64,000 nt of DNA. It comes from Amoebidium appalachense (lineage: Eukaryota; Protista; Ichthyosporea). The position numbers and the translations under genes are program-made. This document shows positions 25,402 through 51,842 of this stretch, piece after piece; the stretch's first letter is position 1, and every line of letters starts with the position of its first letter. The notes under the pieces are model-generated. The model made no database searches. It saw only the letters and a program-made list of their open reading frames with translations, and was not told where the DNA came from. Location of the stretch: assembly GCA_963693365.1 (NCBI GenBank), contig CAVNZM010000010.1, forward strand, positions 7,069,794 to 7,133,793, given 5' to 3'.

Positions 25402-26580
25402 AGCCGCTTCGCGTTGATCTAAATATCTAAATATCTAGATTGTTAAATTCACGTATAAAACTTCCGCAATCCGATCGCTCTGTTAAATGTTTGAAGTTTG
25501 CATAAAATCTAGATCGATTTCGACCCTCTTCCAGATGAGCACATCTGCAAAGGGGGGGGGGGGGTTCCAGATGTCTAGAATAAGACGATTGGTCCTTGGA
25601 ACTCGCCTTTGGGCAACTAAATTTTTCTTATCCAATAGAATTGCGATTTACCATCTATAGTGTCGGACGTCGTAGATTGACCCCCCTAGATCCAGGGGGT
25701 TGCGATCGCGCTAGGGACATGATAGTTACAGTTTTGGACACGGCATTACGGGGATATAAGTTTTTTGGCAAGATCTTTAATATTAAGAGGTGTGACGTCA
25801 AGAGCCCCTAAACGCCCCGAAAATGACGTCATGATTGCGTCACTGTTGCTAAAAATAGTAACACAGTTTCAAACTGCCATATATGGTAGTCCGCGAAAAT
25901 TCGAAAATTTTACATTTTCAGACCGTGCTGCTGCACATTTTACAGTGTGTGACAATAGACATGTGTATGAGAAGAAAGATGACGTGGAAAAAGCAGTCTT
26001 TAGGTCTTTTATGAGACCCAACCCTTCAGGGGCTGTATACGGCACGGCACCGATTCTTGGGCTGCAGTTCGATCCTGGCCGTGACTGAAATTTTTTTTTC
26101 CAAATTTTTTTTTTTTTGGCAACTCCAAGAATATCACACGACAGCTGTCGTCGAGATATGTCGATTGCACTAAGAAACGTCTAAAGTTTATATATGGATA
26201 TTCGAGAAACACGCCTGCAAAACTAGTAGATAACGTCACAAGCCCCCTAAATGGTCCGAAAATTTCTCAATGAGAAAAAAAAATTGCAGTTTTTATTTTT
26301 TGTTCACGTTTCGAGACGTCAGTTTGTAGCCCTTGATGGGACGCATCGAAAAATGTGTCTTTTACCCGAATTGGATAGACTTCTGGTAAGTTAATGGATC
26401 GCGAAATTTATAAGATGTGTTTTTTTTTTCCTGATGGGTCAATCTACGATGTCCGACACCATAGATAATTTAGTTTCTAAACTGCTCTACGCGAATCGAG
26501 CAGATTTTATTATATTTAAAGTGGCATTGGTTCTCTAAATTCGCCGAGTATTTAGATATTTAGATCAACGCGAAGCGACT
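25402..26580. mobile_element. MITE-like non-autonomous DNA element with two nested inverted-repeat pairs
   Basis: Outer IR 25402-25433 / 26549-26580 (32 nt, 1 mismatch), flanked by a direct CAGTG at 25397 and 26581. Inner IR 25653-25683 / 26436-26466 (31 nt, 2 mismatches). AT-rich, no transposase ORF. Confidence 0.75.
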
Positions 26581-27151
26581 CAGTGCCCCTGCAAGCTGTA
26601 GCTGGCAAGTAGCTGGCCGCGGCCGGCAGTAAGACCAATGCAGCCGGCAGTGGCACGCCGCACCTGGTCCAGGGCTAATATACGTGTATTATAATACCTT
26701 TGGAAGAGATGAATGCCCCTAACTCTTTTAGGGTGGGTTTACTGCATAGTAAATATGAGAATTTCTTATGTGCAAAATAGTAACAAAATTCCCTCTCTCA
26801 GGACTGGGCCACCACCCCTACTCCGGGTCACTCAGTCTCATTTCAGGGCGGAGGAAAAACCAACATTTCGCACCCTGATCAAAACTGATAGGATAGCCAA
26901 TCGGAACACCGCAAACAGTTCAGCCAATCCGATGCTTAGGCTCCGTTTGCACACGTGCGCCGTCCGCGGCCACCAAACCGGCCAACTCCGTATCACAATG
27001 TCAAAATTCTAACACTGTATGCATAACAATGAAAACATATCATACAAGTAGGACCCTAACTTGTAGCCTCCCCTAAATTTCCGAGTTGCTCGACCTTCAT
27101 GATCACGGTATCACCTCGAGGCGAGTCTTTCCGGCTATTCGAGAATCGAGA

Positions 27152-28012
27152 ATGAGATGCACAGCCCAGCTAAACATCACAGCCCAGCTAAACATTAGTG
27201 GATCGCAAAACCCCAAAACTCATGAGCAAACATCTCGCGACGGAGACATTTCCACCCCAACACAAAACAACACAGGACCGGAAGCACAGCTCCCGGCAGA
27301 GTTCCTAGAATATGCGAACTCTCGTAAAACACCCGAGCTCCGCCAAATTGCCAAGGAAACATATGCCAGCATTCTTGCAGGCAACGAGTACCGCCGCAAC
27401 TCCCCTTCCAAACCGCCGGCTAAGGGGAACACCCAAGCAAACGGTAACATCAACATCCCACCCAAATACGAGAGGGTGTATTTCAAAGTCAAGCACGGCA
27501 GACGCCCACACAGGGCCATGTGGTCCATCTTCAAGGCTCTCGGCTTCCGGTGCTCTCGCATCCTTTGTCTGTCCTTCATTGGATACGATGTGCTGGAAGT
27601 AGCAGTACGGGGCGACTATAACCGTGCGTTCATCCGTGACGCGACAAAGGGGTGTGGAAGCTTCTTCACCCACCTCCCAAGCTACGACCCATGCGCGCCG
27701 GAAAACATTCAGAAAGCAGACAAAGAACGTAAAGTGTCTGCTAAGAATGCGTGCGCCACACGTTGTCGTGTACGCATCAGCAAGGCAAAAGAGTTCCTCG
27801 CAAAGTTGGAAAACGATGCTACGAGCGTGATAGACACGGACACGAAGGAACCAATGTTTTCTGGTGAGAAACTGCTCGAGCGCAAACGCCGATGCGAGAT
27901 GGAAATCGAGCTCTTCTGCGAACTGTTCGCGCTGGCGGAAGGTCGTGCATACGACCCCGTAAGCGACAAGTGGGAACCAACCCCACAGGTGTCGGACCAA
28001 ACCGATGCCTAA
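27152..28012 (+). CDS. LINE ORF1 protein (first in-frame ATG 27152; frame open from 27086)
   Basis: Lies immediately upstream of and overlaps ORF2 (ATGCCTAA). The YERVYF...RILCLSF...LEVAV...Y...YDP pattern recalls ORF1s of fungal/protist LINEs. Confidence 0.7.
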   Translation: MRCTAQLNITAQLNISGSQNPKTHEQTSRDGDISTPTQNNTGPEAQLPAEFLEYANSRKTPELRQIAKETYASILAGNEYRRNSPSKPPAKGNTQANGNINIPPKYERVYFKVKHGRRPHRAMWSIFKALGFRCSRILCLSFIGYDVLEVAVRGDYNRAFIRDATKGCGSFFTHLPSYDPCAPENIQKADKERKVSAKNACATRCRVRISKAKEFLAKLENDATSVIDTDTKEPMFSGEKLLERKRRCEMEIELFCELFALAEGRAYDPVSDKWEPTPQVSDQTDA

Positions 28013-31000
28013 TTTATCCTTCTTCTTCTGGAATGCTCGGACACTGGGCCCCCAAAAGGGCCTCCCCCCCGGGACACTCGACGATAAAATCAGCTACATA
28101 CAACAACAGACAAACAACCACACGTTTACAGTGATTTGCGAAACACAGTTTAAAAACCACCACAAATTCAACTCTACATTGGTCGACACATCCACACACC
28201 CCGGTTACGCGAAAAACCGAGGCATTATTGTACTTGCCGCACCACACGTGAGAGTGAAGTGCAAACCGGTAGCAAAAACGGAATTCTCGGTTTCTATAGA
28301 GTTTCTTTCTAATGTTTTTACTTTTGTATATTACCCACCATCTATGTCGGTTGTCGAATTGACTCACGAGTTGTCACAGTTACCAATGTCCACTGTTATT
28401 TTAGGTGATTTTAACACGCGACTCCACCACACAGACACACTGCAAGTGAGTGTCGGGTACCCATCTAAGCCCCCGGAGCGTGCTATCCCTTTAGCAAGGT
28501 ATGTCCAAAGTCACACTTTGCGGTTCCCTCAAATATCCCATGCCCACAACACCGACTGGGGAGTGGCCTTTTGGCCATCAACCATGTCAAAACTCTCTCT
28601 CCTCCTAACCTCTCTAGGTCATCTGACCACTCTCCTATCCTTTTCCTACCTAAGATCTCCCTTGATCTGCTCCCCCCTCCCCCTCCCACCTTTCGCCTCC
28701 GTCTATCCCAGCTTAAGTCACAGTGGGGTAGAGTTGATGTATGTGTATGCTATGCTACGAAACACCCTATATATATGCGCCTATTAGAATCTGCACAAGC
28801 CAGGCCAGATTCACATCTCGTACTAGATACATGCACTAACTTTATTGTTGATGATTTGATAGATCTCGGTGATTATGCTGGCGGTGGTAGGAAGGAATAT
28901 CCCGATGCTCTCTTGTTACCAAACACCACTCCCGCTAGACTAGGTGAACCCCTGTCTCAAAAGGAAAGCTTGCGCCGGCTTGCTAGTATGAATCGATTTG
29001 GCCCCCCTGCTCGTATTATTGGTGATACCACTGGAGACCCCCTCATAGACTCTGATAAGTATTTCTCGGAACTGTTTAAAGATAGGACCCCCGCTCAGAA
29101 ACCTATTGTGTGGCCTGTAGACCCATCTATCCCCATAGAATCGATCCTCCCCTTTTTCAGTCCCGATGCCATATGGTCTGTGATATCTAGTTATAGCTCT
29201 AGTAAGTCTTGTGGACCTGATGGACTCCCTGCTGGGTTTCTTAAAATCCTTGTTCCCTCCTACCCACAAAAGGAAAGTGATCGTGCTATTAAACCTGATC
29301 TTACTATCATGTTAAGCTCTCTCTTTTCTTGGTGTGTTAAATGTGGACATGTCCCGTCATCTTGGTTAGATACCTTAGTGATCCCCATAGTTAAGAAGGA
29401 CTCTGAGGGCCCCATATCATCCTTTCGCCCCATTACACTAACCCAGGTTGTTCGTAGATTCTTTGAAGCTTGCTTACTTAGGTTATTTGCACATCACCCT
29501 AGGTTTCAATCTATTCTTCACATACACCCATGCCAATCCGCTTTTCGTAAAAACAATTCATGTTATGTTCAAATAATGGCACTGCACGATTCTATGCAAG
29601 TTGGTGCACAATATGTTGGCTTTATTGATTGGAAAACTGCTTACGATTCTGTCTCCCCTGGTCTCCTATGGGAAAAGCTTGCTGCACGGGGTGTACCACA
29701 CTGCATTGGTGTTCTGTTAGAAGCACTCTTGTCTCAAACCTATGGTAGAGCTGTGGTTAATGGGCATCTTTCATATGGTTTTGCTCGTACTAGAGGTCTC
29801 TTGCAGGGTTCATTGCTTAGCCCCTTTTTGTTTAACCTATTTATAGATGATTTGGCTGTCAAGATTTACGCCGAAAACGATGACCCTATTAATAACTTTC
29901 CGCCTGCACTTCTCTATGCTGATGATCTGTCCCTCCTTGCCCGTACCCCTAGACGCCTGCAAAGATTGTTCGATGTAGTGTCAGAGTGGTGCAAGGCAAA
30001 CCTTATGATCCTTAACATAGACAAATGTGGTGTTCTTGTACCTGATATAGCTAACAATTTACACACATTTACATTATCATCTAAACCTGTACCTATAGTT
30101 CCAGAATACAAATATCTTGGTGTTCCGGTTGATTCTGTTGGTGTTATGTTTCCCCATATGGTCGAAAAGAGGGTAGAGTTGGCTCGTAAGCGGTTAGCTT
30201 TCTTCTCGGCTAATATTTTTAAAGACACACCCCTCCATCCTTCTATTAGACTTACATTTATTCGCACTTTTGTCTTCCCGGCATGTGAATATGGTTTACC
30301 CCTTCTCGCCGCTTGGATCAAGAAAGAGAGAACTAGAGCGCTTAAACCCTTGGCAAATTTCCTTGAAGCAGAAGTTGCCTCCTTTCTATCTAACAACTGT
30401 TGTAAACCTGGGCCTGTAACGCTCTCGATATATGGTCTGGTCCCAATAGCTGCTAGAGTATCCTATCTCGCGCTGAAATTCAATAAGCACATAAGCCGCT
30501 TAAAGAAGTATTTGCCCTCCCACCCTCTCTTCTCTATCCGACCTGTCCCCTCCTCACCTCTCCCCTCTTTCCTCCCCTCTCTCTCCCCTTCTCCCCTGGG
30601 CACAAATACAAATAAACCCCGCAATAGTGTGTGTGTGACTTTGGACTGCCACTTACTTATTAAACATGTACACAATCACAAGATAATCACGCAATATAAC
30701 AAATGGAAAAAGATACCACACGACACTAGACCCGATGAAAGCATACACCTTGAAAAACTAAGCCTTATGTCTCGTTTTATATATACTGACCGCCTCAACC
30801 ATATTGCCAAATATGGCACTCGCAAGTGTATAACACCTAAATACATATTACCTTCCTGTAGAACTGGTCTTTCTCTAGCTGATGGTATTATTGATCAATT
30901 ACCACGCTTTTACTGTACACGTGCTATACAGTGGAGATCTAATAAGTATAAGGTGGCATCATTTGCATGCCCAAACAACACACACACACACCAGTTTAAC

Positions 31001-31198
31001 CGGTCATGTATCGCCAAATGTAGTTTGATAGACCACATAATACCGCAACACACACACGTCACATTCACAACAGACACCCAGAAAGATAGCCTACCTGTAA
31101 ATTACAACATCCTTGATTTTATACTAAACACGCGTAACTACGACCTGTTTATTAGATGTATTGATTGGCTTGAGAAACACATCACTACAAAATTATAG
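28005..31198 (+). CDS. LINE ORF2: APE endonuclease + reverse transcriptase, with one frameshift near 28555-28575
   Basis: APE motifs WNAR, ICET, YYPP, GDFN, DW and (shifted frame) SDH. RT motifs KSCGPDG, FRPITL, FIDWKTAYDSV, GLLQGSLLSPFLFNLFID, YADD, YKYLG. Cys-containing C-terminus. Confidence 0.9.
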
Positions 31199-31202
31199 CG
31201 CA

Positions 31203-31271
<69 letters not shown>

Positions 31272-31303
31272 CCAGCTGATACCGAGTGTCCCGAGGGGAG
31301 CCC

Positions 31304-31356
<53 letters not shown>

Positions 31357-32926
31357 GGGGAACCCCAACTAATTGATTTCTCCTTGTAGTCTTTATGGTG
31401 TCTCGTAGAGAAAGTAAACCCTGATATATAGTCACCACCCGACATCTATGTACGTGATCATGATATACCGCTGAGGGGATATTCCGAGCAAACCCCCCCC
31501 CCCATACCTGAGACTGGTTCTCTTTGCCTCGAGTAAACAGCGTAAACCCCCTTTTATTTTATCTGTGGAATTCACGTGAAAACTTTCCGGGCGAATCCCA
31601 ATCATTCCCGCCTAGATCTTACATGGGGATCACCATGGCAACTATAAAGCCCACGGAAGTGGCAGCACTGTCAACTGAGAGACAAACACTATTGTTGTAC
31701 ACAGACAGACACTGAGCATGAGCTCGTATAATACAGCGCATGTATTACAACGCTTTTGTCTCCATGGCACAGCTAAGCTTCTTTTGTCAAACATCTGCAC
31801 ATAAATCAGCGACTGTAACATCTGTTTGATCGACCTTTCTGGGGTAGCTACCGAACGCTTTCTAAACCTCCTGTAGCACCTTTTCGCTCGCTCTACACCG
31901 GCCGAAACGAACCTATTTCAGCCTGAAAAATTCAACATTCTGCAGGCCATAGAACAGCAGTTGAATTAATACTCCCTCCTCCCCCCTGCCCCCCCTCACA
32001 ACACACACACACCACACACACACACACACCCATCCGCCCACACGGCCTTCCGGGGCAACCCTCGGTGAGTTGAACATCGGAAACGGCCCTTAACACATCT
32101 TAGTCCCTGCTTCGGCAGCTGACTTGCATTTAGAAGGTTTTCATCCCATACACGTGGTTTAAACTTATAGAGAATACGGGGGTTGTCGATAGTTGTGAAG
32201 ATGCCGATATCAAACTTCTTAGCTGATGCACGGGAAAAGCTGGCTGAGTGGAGAAAGCGAGACAAGTCTACCCACAAGGTGAGTGCACCGGTAAACTAGG
32301 GCTCGCAAAAAATCCCCATGGCCCAAGTAAATCTTCTTCAGCTGGGCTCTTTTTCTTCCCTATACGTATACTTTTCTTCCCTTTCATTTCGAGTTCTTCT
32401 GTGTGTGTGTGTGTGTGGGGAGGGGGGGGGGGGGGGGGGGGGTAGGGGAAGGGGGAGGGGAGGGGGGATAAACACGTACATATGTTCGCTTCCCTCGCAG
32501 GCGACCCCTTTCTACTTCCATACGTGTGTTGCCTAGGAAGTCCTCAAGTGTGCATGCCATTGTGCACGGGTGAATACATACCTCTATCTGAGTAGTTCTC
32601 GCTTGGTCACTGGGGTCCTTCGGTGCCGTTCTGAAGTTCCGCTTTTGCTGACGCTGTCTAATAGTATGCACGAATGTTTATCGATATGGCTTTCCATGTC
32701 ATGCAGCCCATATCTCTCTTTTGCATTATTTATTCACTTACAACCGTCCTGCATGTAAATCTTCAACCCTATAATGTTGACAGGGAAGGCCAGAAAAACC
32801 TAAATACCGACAAGAAAGCCCAGTTTTTCGGTCACTTGCGTTGGTTTATCGACTATGTACCCCCCTGGTGAGCACACAGAGTTTACCTAAGACCCTAGCT
32901 CATTGCAAACACGAATCATTCCTCAG

Positions 32927-45864
<12,938 letters not shown>

Positions 45865-46535
45865 AGCAGCAGCAGGAATGAAGGGACACATAACCGGTAT
45901 GGACATATCAGATGCACTGCATGAAAGAAACGAGATACGAGTTGCGTAAAAATGGGGTTTTTGGTTCAATGACTTTGAACCAATCATATGCTGTCTCGGT
46001 ATATAGCTATGTATATATGTGTGCATAGCACTTGGGCCTCATTTACGGAATTTGATTTTTATATTTGCACGTGCTCCCATGAATCGAGGCTTATCGAATT
46101 TCCAGCTTTTTAGTATGCTATTGCACGAATGTGGCAACATGTCTGTAGAGTGATCCTGGTATCGAATGTCGAACGGCTACCGGCTAGCCGTGTAACTTTG
46201 TTAGAAAGTGGAAAGATCATGATATCATCATAATTCGGTGTTGATAGTAGATAGACAGAACGAGCACGTTGGGTAGAGTTTATTGGTAGATTTGTATATC
46301 CGTATGATACGAGATATACAGTACATATCTGTGTATGATGGGTGAATGTAAACGGAGGTGTATATATGAAGGCTGTGCACGGTTGGTTGGTGTATCCATG
46401 TATGTGCCGTGGATTGAAAACTGTATAGGCCTAATGACCTATTCTCGGGATCGAATGCTACAAGCGAAATTAAAGAAACTTATATAGAACGGATCACCAC
46501 CATCCATCAGCCAAGTTGTCCCCCCCTCCCCCCCC

Positions 46536-46588
<53 letters not shown>

Positions 46589-46630
46589 ACGCCACCACCA
46601 AAAAAACTTAAGAAGAAGAAGGGTGGGGAA

Positions 46631-46679
<49 letters not shown>

Positions 46680-46887
46680 CCTTCCTGCCCCGGGAAATAT
46701 ATATATATATATACATGCATACACAGAAAACGGAAATCCCACGTACCCAACCCCCCACCCCAACCACGCTTGCGACGCATGTGTTTTTCCGGTCCCAACC
46801 GTATACATAGCACGCAGAGACAGAGAGGGAAGAAACGGAAATTTAATGTGGCTGAAGGGTGCACACCGGTGTGGGTGGGTACGTATA

Positions 46888-46951
<64 letters not shown>

Positions 46952-46958
46952 ACGTATA

Positions 46959-47012
<54 letters not shown>

Positions 47013-47747
47013 ACGTGGTGTGAATAAAGCGGTGTTTATTATGGATGAAAAGGGATTCGGGCCCATTTCGTCGATCCAGCCTGCTAGCTTTTATTCAGCA
47101 ATCTGGCTCGCGGACACATCTATGTAACAAGATAGCAGGCGAGTGCAAAGGAACTATAGTCAAAGGCGTGCACACTGGCAAGGGTGGATCAATGGGTACA
47201 CGCTGGATGTGCAGTCTGTGTGTGACAAAGTGTTGCATAGGTTTATTGCAAGTGCACATAAACGAGGAAGGCACGTGTAAACAGGTTCCGATTTTGAAGG
47301 GTTAGAAGGAAGGGGGGGGGGGGGGGGGGGGGGGGGGGGAGGCAGTAAACATCGAAGACACCCCCGGTGGGTCCCCCCCTTTCTCAGCCAGCCGGCCACC
47401 CCTATCTCCGGTTTTAAATTCAAAAAAGCCTAAGACATCGTTTTTCACAGTACGAGGTGCAGCGTAGGTGATTGCACGTCGAGAGGGTGGACGGGAGGGT
47501 GGGGTGGGGGCAGTTGAGTGGTCTGGCCAGGGTGGGTGGGCGGGTGGGCAGGACGGAGCCCCCCGGGGGCCGGGGGGGGGGGGGGGGGGGGGGAGGGGGC
47601 TATTATAAAAGCGAGGCATTTATCGAGGCATTATAATCCGTGTGGATTTGAGGTGGGGATTTCTGTTAGCCCAGGCAGCTAAGGCGACAGGAGGAAGGAG
47701 AAGTGAGGAGAATATGGAGGCAAGGCAAATACTTGCAGTGCCCCTCA

Positions 47748-47785
<38 letters not shown>

Positions 47786-48238
47786 AGGGGGCAACACTGC
47801 ATGCCCAGGGTGAAGAATTAATGCCATTCTAATGTATTCGTAAGAAAAAAGTTAGATTTGTGTTTACTTTTCCAAAGAGTGATCATACACTCAAATGTGC
47901 CGGGCACCAAAATATTAGTGTAGGTGGCTAGGGTTACATGCTCAACCTAGAACCACACTTTATATTTAGCTTAAAATAAATAAAGCTTCTCAGCGCCGAT
48001 TATTGCACTACAGTGCAAAAGCTCATTTTCTTTTTTCTTGTCTATAACTTGTTGACTAGGGGGTGCAAGAACGTAACCCCAACCTACCAAACTATAGGAA
48101 ACTCAAAAAAAAAAAAAAAAAACCATTCCTACATCGACTTCGACATAATTCCAGTTCGCCATCACAAACTCATTCGCTCATACTTACACCCTTCCCCTAC
48201 CCCTTCCCCCCTTCTTTCTGTATTTTGTGGAGTTTTCT

Positions 48239-48931
48239 TCAATTGCTAGCCTGCTCACCTTTACCAGCAGCTTCCTGCATGTCTCTTTCTTTTGACAACA
48301 AAACTGGAAGAGAGTCCTCCAGCCGGAAGCTCATCAACACCCCGTCCAGTTCATAGGTTTTCTTAACGTTTTGCCAGCAACGAGACGTAATTAAGGTCTT
48401 CATTGCCCTGTTGCTTGGATCCATAAGTGCCTGCATGTAGGTGTATCCGTTTTTGGCCGCCGCAATCACGAGATGATCAAAGAGCTTTGCACCCAAACCC
48501 TTGCCATGTTGGCTGTCGGCGATTGAAACAGCCACCTCCACCGTGTCTGGGCTGAGCTGTGTTTGTACATAGCGACCCTCTCCCACACCGAAATAGGTGC
48601 TGTCGTCCTGTTTGGCTGCAACACTGACGGCATAGTGCCTTTTCATGTCCGCATCGATGGTAAGGAAATTTAGATCGGCTTCGCTCAGTGCATCGCGCGA
48701 CGCAAAGAAACGACGTTGACGAGAATCTTCAGAGAGTTGATGAAATGCATCGAGAATAAGTTGCTTGTTGGGTGGGCCTATAAAAGCAAACTCTGAACCG
48801 TTCCTAGTCCAGGTTTCGAGTATATGTGACTCTGTTTGTGTATGTTGTCTACGAAAGTTTACTCTTGTAGAAGGCCGCGGAAGACAAACTGATGCTGAAG
48901 ATCGTACGAAGAAGCTATGAATAGAGAGCAT
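48239..48931 (-). CDS. GNAT-family N-acetyltransferase (bacterial Pat/protein-lysine-acetyltransferase-like), intronless, 230 aa
   Basis: LSEDSRQRRFF, GVGEGRYV, EVAVSIADSQHGKGLG (acetyl-CoA-binding motif A) and NRAM. ATG start and no repeats. Confidence 0.85.
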   Translation of the reverse strand: MLSIHSFFVRSSASVCLPRPSTRVNFRRQHTQTESHILETWTRNGSEFAFIGPPNKQLILDAFHQLSEDSRQRRFFASRDALSEADLNFLTIDADMKRHYAVSVAAKQDDSTYFGVGEGRYVQTQLSPDTVEVAVSIADSQHGKGLGAKLFDHLVIAAAKNGYTYMQALMDPSNRAMKTLITSRCWQNVKKTYELDGVLMSFRLEDSLPVLLSKERDMQEAAGKGEQASN

Positions 48932-49963
48932 TTTCCTAAACCATACCGTGTACCGTACCTGACTCTTTAAAGTCTATACTGCTGTTAGTTCATATACTGC
49001 TGTTAGTACATCTATGTATTCGCTTCATAATGGTTGACTCAACGTAAACCCTAGACGCTCATAAAACGAAGTGTACAATCGTTACAAATGTTCTGAACCA
49101 ACTGACCGACGACATAGGCTTTTCATGTCCGCTGTAGGCCGGGCCGGGCTGTGTCTGTGTCAGGCTCACGGTGTGCTCATTTTGTACGGCAGGGACACAA
49201 ATGATTGGCTTTAAGTGCACCATTGATGTTTGATTATCCAATCAGATCGCGAGCCAACGACTCGTGTAATGTCGTGCTACATTCGTGCCACGGAGAGCCA
49301 CGGAGTCTCCAGAGAGCTGCCATGGTGTCCCTGGCCCCGCGTGGATACGTGAGTGAGCACGACTCAGTGAAGCCTTGGCCTGGATTGGCCATGTTTTGTG
49401 AGAACGTGGCTGATGATTTGTGAGTATAAGAGTTAACTGAACACGTGTGTAGTGATTCAGCTGAATGAGCTGAGCAGCTGACTCCTGAGCATGGATTCGT
49501 GAACGTGATTGCAACTATTTATGGCCTTCCGTTTCTTGTGGGGATGCTCCAAGTTGGTCTGCTCATGAAAGAATCGTGAAAGTTTGGGTGTGCATACGAA
49601 GTAACACAGTTCGTCTGCAGGCATGCATGGGTGTTCGGCTAAATAGGGCGACTTCACTGTAACTTCACTGCATGATCTTTGTCTAAGCAACATGGCTTGG
49701 TTTACGCACACAGACAGAGAAGGTGCACTCACATCAGCACAAATATGAACCCCAAGGCACGGAGAAGTTACACACAGACGTGAGTCGCGCTGACAGGCTC
49801 TTGCGCTTTCGGAACCGGATAGACACACCTACGTGCACTCGCGTATGCTTTTCAGAGAGTGCAGACAGTATGTACCCACCCGCACACTAAAGCGAACGCA
49901 TGCCCATTGCGCATACTCGATGAACATCACCGAGCACCACGTTCCTCCACCTGGTACACGTAC

Positions 49964-50047
<84 letters not shown>

Positions 50048-50124
50048 GAGGGTGCGCAAAAACATAGCGTGATGACACACACACTCAGTAACACGCATAT
50101 GGACACGCACACAAACGCACACAG

Positions 50125-50208
<84 letters not shown>

Positions 50209-50259
50209 CGTACGGCTGTAGCTAGAGACAACGGAAGAACTAAAGCAAGACAGGGTAAA

Positions 50260-50950
50260 GAATATGCGGTGGGGAACCTTGACCTTTGTCTTCGTCTTTG
50301 CTCGTGCATGGCTGCTTTGATGTCCGCATTACGCCTGGCGACCGAGCCGGCATGTACATACTCTGTACGTTTATGTAATCGACAAAGTTTTGTGCCTTCT
50401 TGTCATACAGTGCTCCAATGTCATTATGTAGTACTGAGTGAGCTGCAGAAACTCAGCAGCACACCTGCAGTACACAACTCTCCGAGCTCGAGAGTCTGAG
50501 TCTTCATGCCATTTGCCTCGAGGCCAAGGGCCTTGACTTGCCCCCCAAAAATGACTTCTCGACGAATGGCTACCATTATAGCTTTAATAGGTAACCTGCT
50601 GTTCAAAATAGGCAACAGCGCGTAATTTATCCAATGGAATGTGTTGTATCGCTTCCGGCTCACCGCCGTTTCCTGCAGCTGTGTTCATGTTTTTCGTTTT
50701 TTTGTTTTTTTTTGAAGTTCCGTCCGCGGTTGAAGCTCGGATCCAAAAGTATCCGCTAGAATCCGCAGGGGAAAACAGCTGGCGGCTATCCATCCACCTT
50801 CTGACTGAATGTCTAGTCCCCCCTCCAAAAGGTTAGCACGGATTTTTTTTTCATATACCTTAGGGATATGTGCAGGAATCATGTTTTGTGTGATCGTCAT
50901 TCGGGCCGTTGCCAACACTAGAGTCCATCTTCTTGGGATCGGCTTCAACG
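50260..50950 (-). other. Possible spliced gene of unknown function divergent from SF3B3
   Basis: Repeat-free segment with plausible donors (AAG|GTATAT ~50858, CAG|GTTACC ~50595), a CTAAC...TAG acceptor and an open frame (…HIPLDKLRAVAYFEQQ). No recognisable domain. Confidence 0.25.
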
Positions 50951-51842
50951 GCTAGACTTGGACATTTCGCTTCTGTTCCAGCCACATTGCCTGCCTCCAG
51001 ACTTACACACACACACGCACACACCTACACATACACACTCTCACTCACAGAGTGTGACTCGCACTCACGTACATAAAATGTTCACAGATGCAGGCTCGCC
51101 CGCGAGCAAGCACACAGACACATGCACACACACACTACACACGCACGCATGCACACGCATTCGCACACGCTCATACATACGTGTATACTCCTGCTCGTGA
51201 TCCTAGCGTTGAGTTTTGTTTCTGATCCATACATAACCCCCCCCTCTAGCTCTCCCTCCCTCCCTCTCTCCTTCCCACCCTCCCCCCTCACTTTCACGCA
51301 CGTACTTTCATTCACACTTGCACGCCCACCCACATACTCATGCACATCTTATCGGGTACATGTTACCGTAACGTTGATTTTTGTGGCAGATCTACAAGCC
51401 CCTCCCTGTAACCCCTCCCTCCCTCACTTACTCACTCACTCCCTCACATTTGCTTCTCCACACTCTCTCACTTGGGATCCCGTTGTTAATCTTCGTTTCG
51501 AATGCCTTTTCACCTTCCAAATCCGAACGATAATGCATTCCGAAACGCCATGGGAAGTTCTGACTGCTAGGGGAGTTTAGAGTGTTGTTCCCACCATCAC
51601 CATGTAGTCTACCGGTAGGGGTTTAACTGGACTCTGTTACTCTGCGAGTGCCTTTCTATACGTTCCCTTGTTCGGGCGTGCAAACACGGTCAAGCTCTCG
51701 GTTTGGGTTTTCTTGGACACGGCCCTGTAGGAAAGGGTAACGTTGGAGCTGAGTACTTTTCGCATGCTTACTTGGTAAGGATGCAGGCTGCTTGAGCTAA
51801 CTTGTGCTATCTTCACAGGGAGGAGTGGTGTAACACGGCATA

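Larger units (their letters stand above)
27086..31355 (+). mobile_element. LINE (non-LTR retrotransposon) with ORF1, APE-RT ORF2 and poly(A) tail; 5' end not defined
   Basis: Two overlapping intronless ORFs, (CA)n directly after the ORF2 stop, and an A run at ~31308-31355. No TSD found. Confidence 0.92.

Noticed and set aside
28550-28580. Programmed -1 ribosomal frameshift in LINE ORF2
   Set aside because: No in-frame X XXY YYZ slippery heptamer, and it falls inside the endonuclease domain. More likely an indel or homopolymer error.
46869-47010. Short direct repeats separated by (GT)n/(CA)n (also 17508-17675, 20262-20308, 48975-49007) as CRISPR-like arrays
   Set aside because: Only two units each, no unique spacers, eukaryotic context. 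Consistent with slippage duplications.
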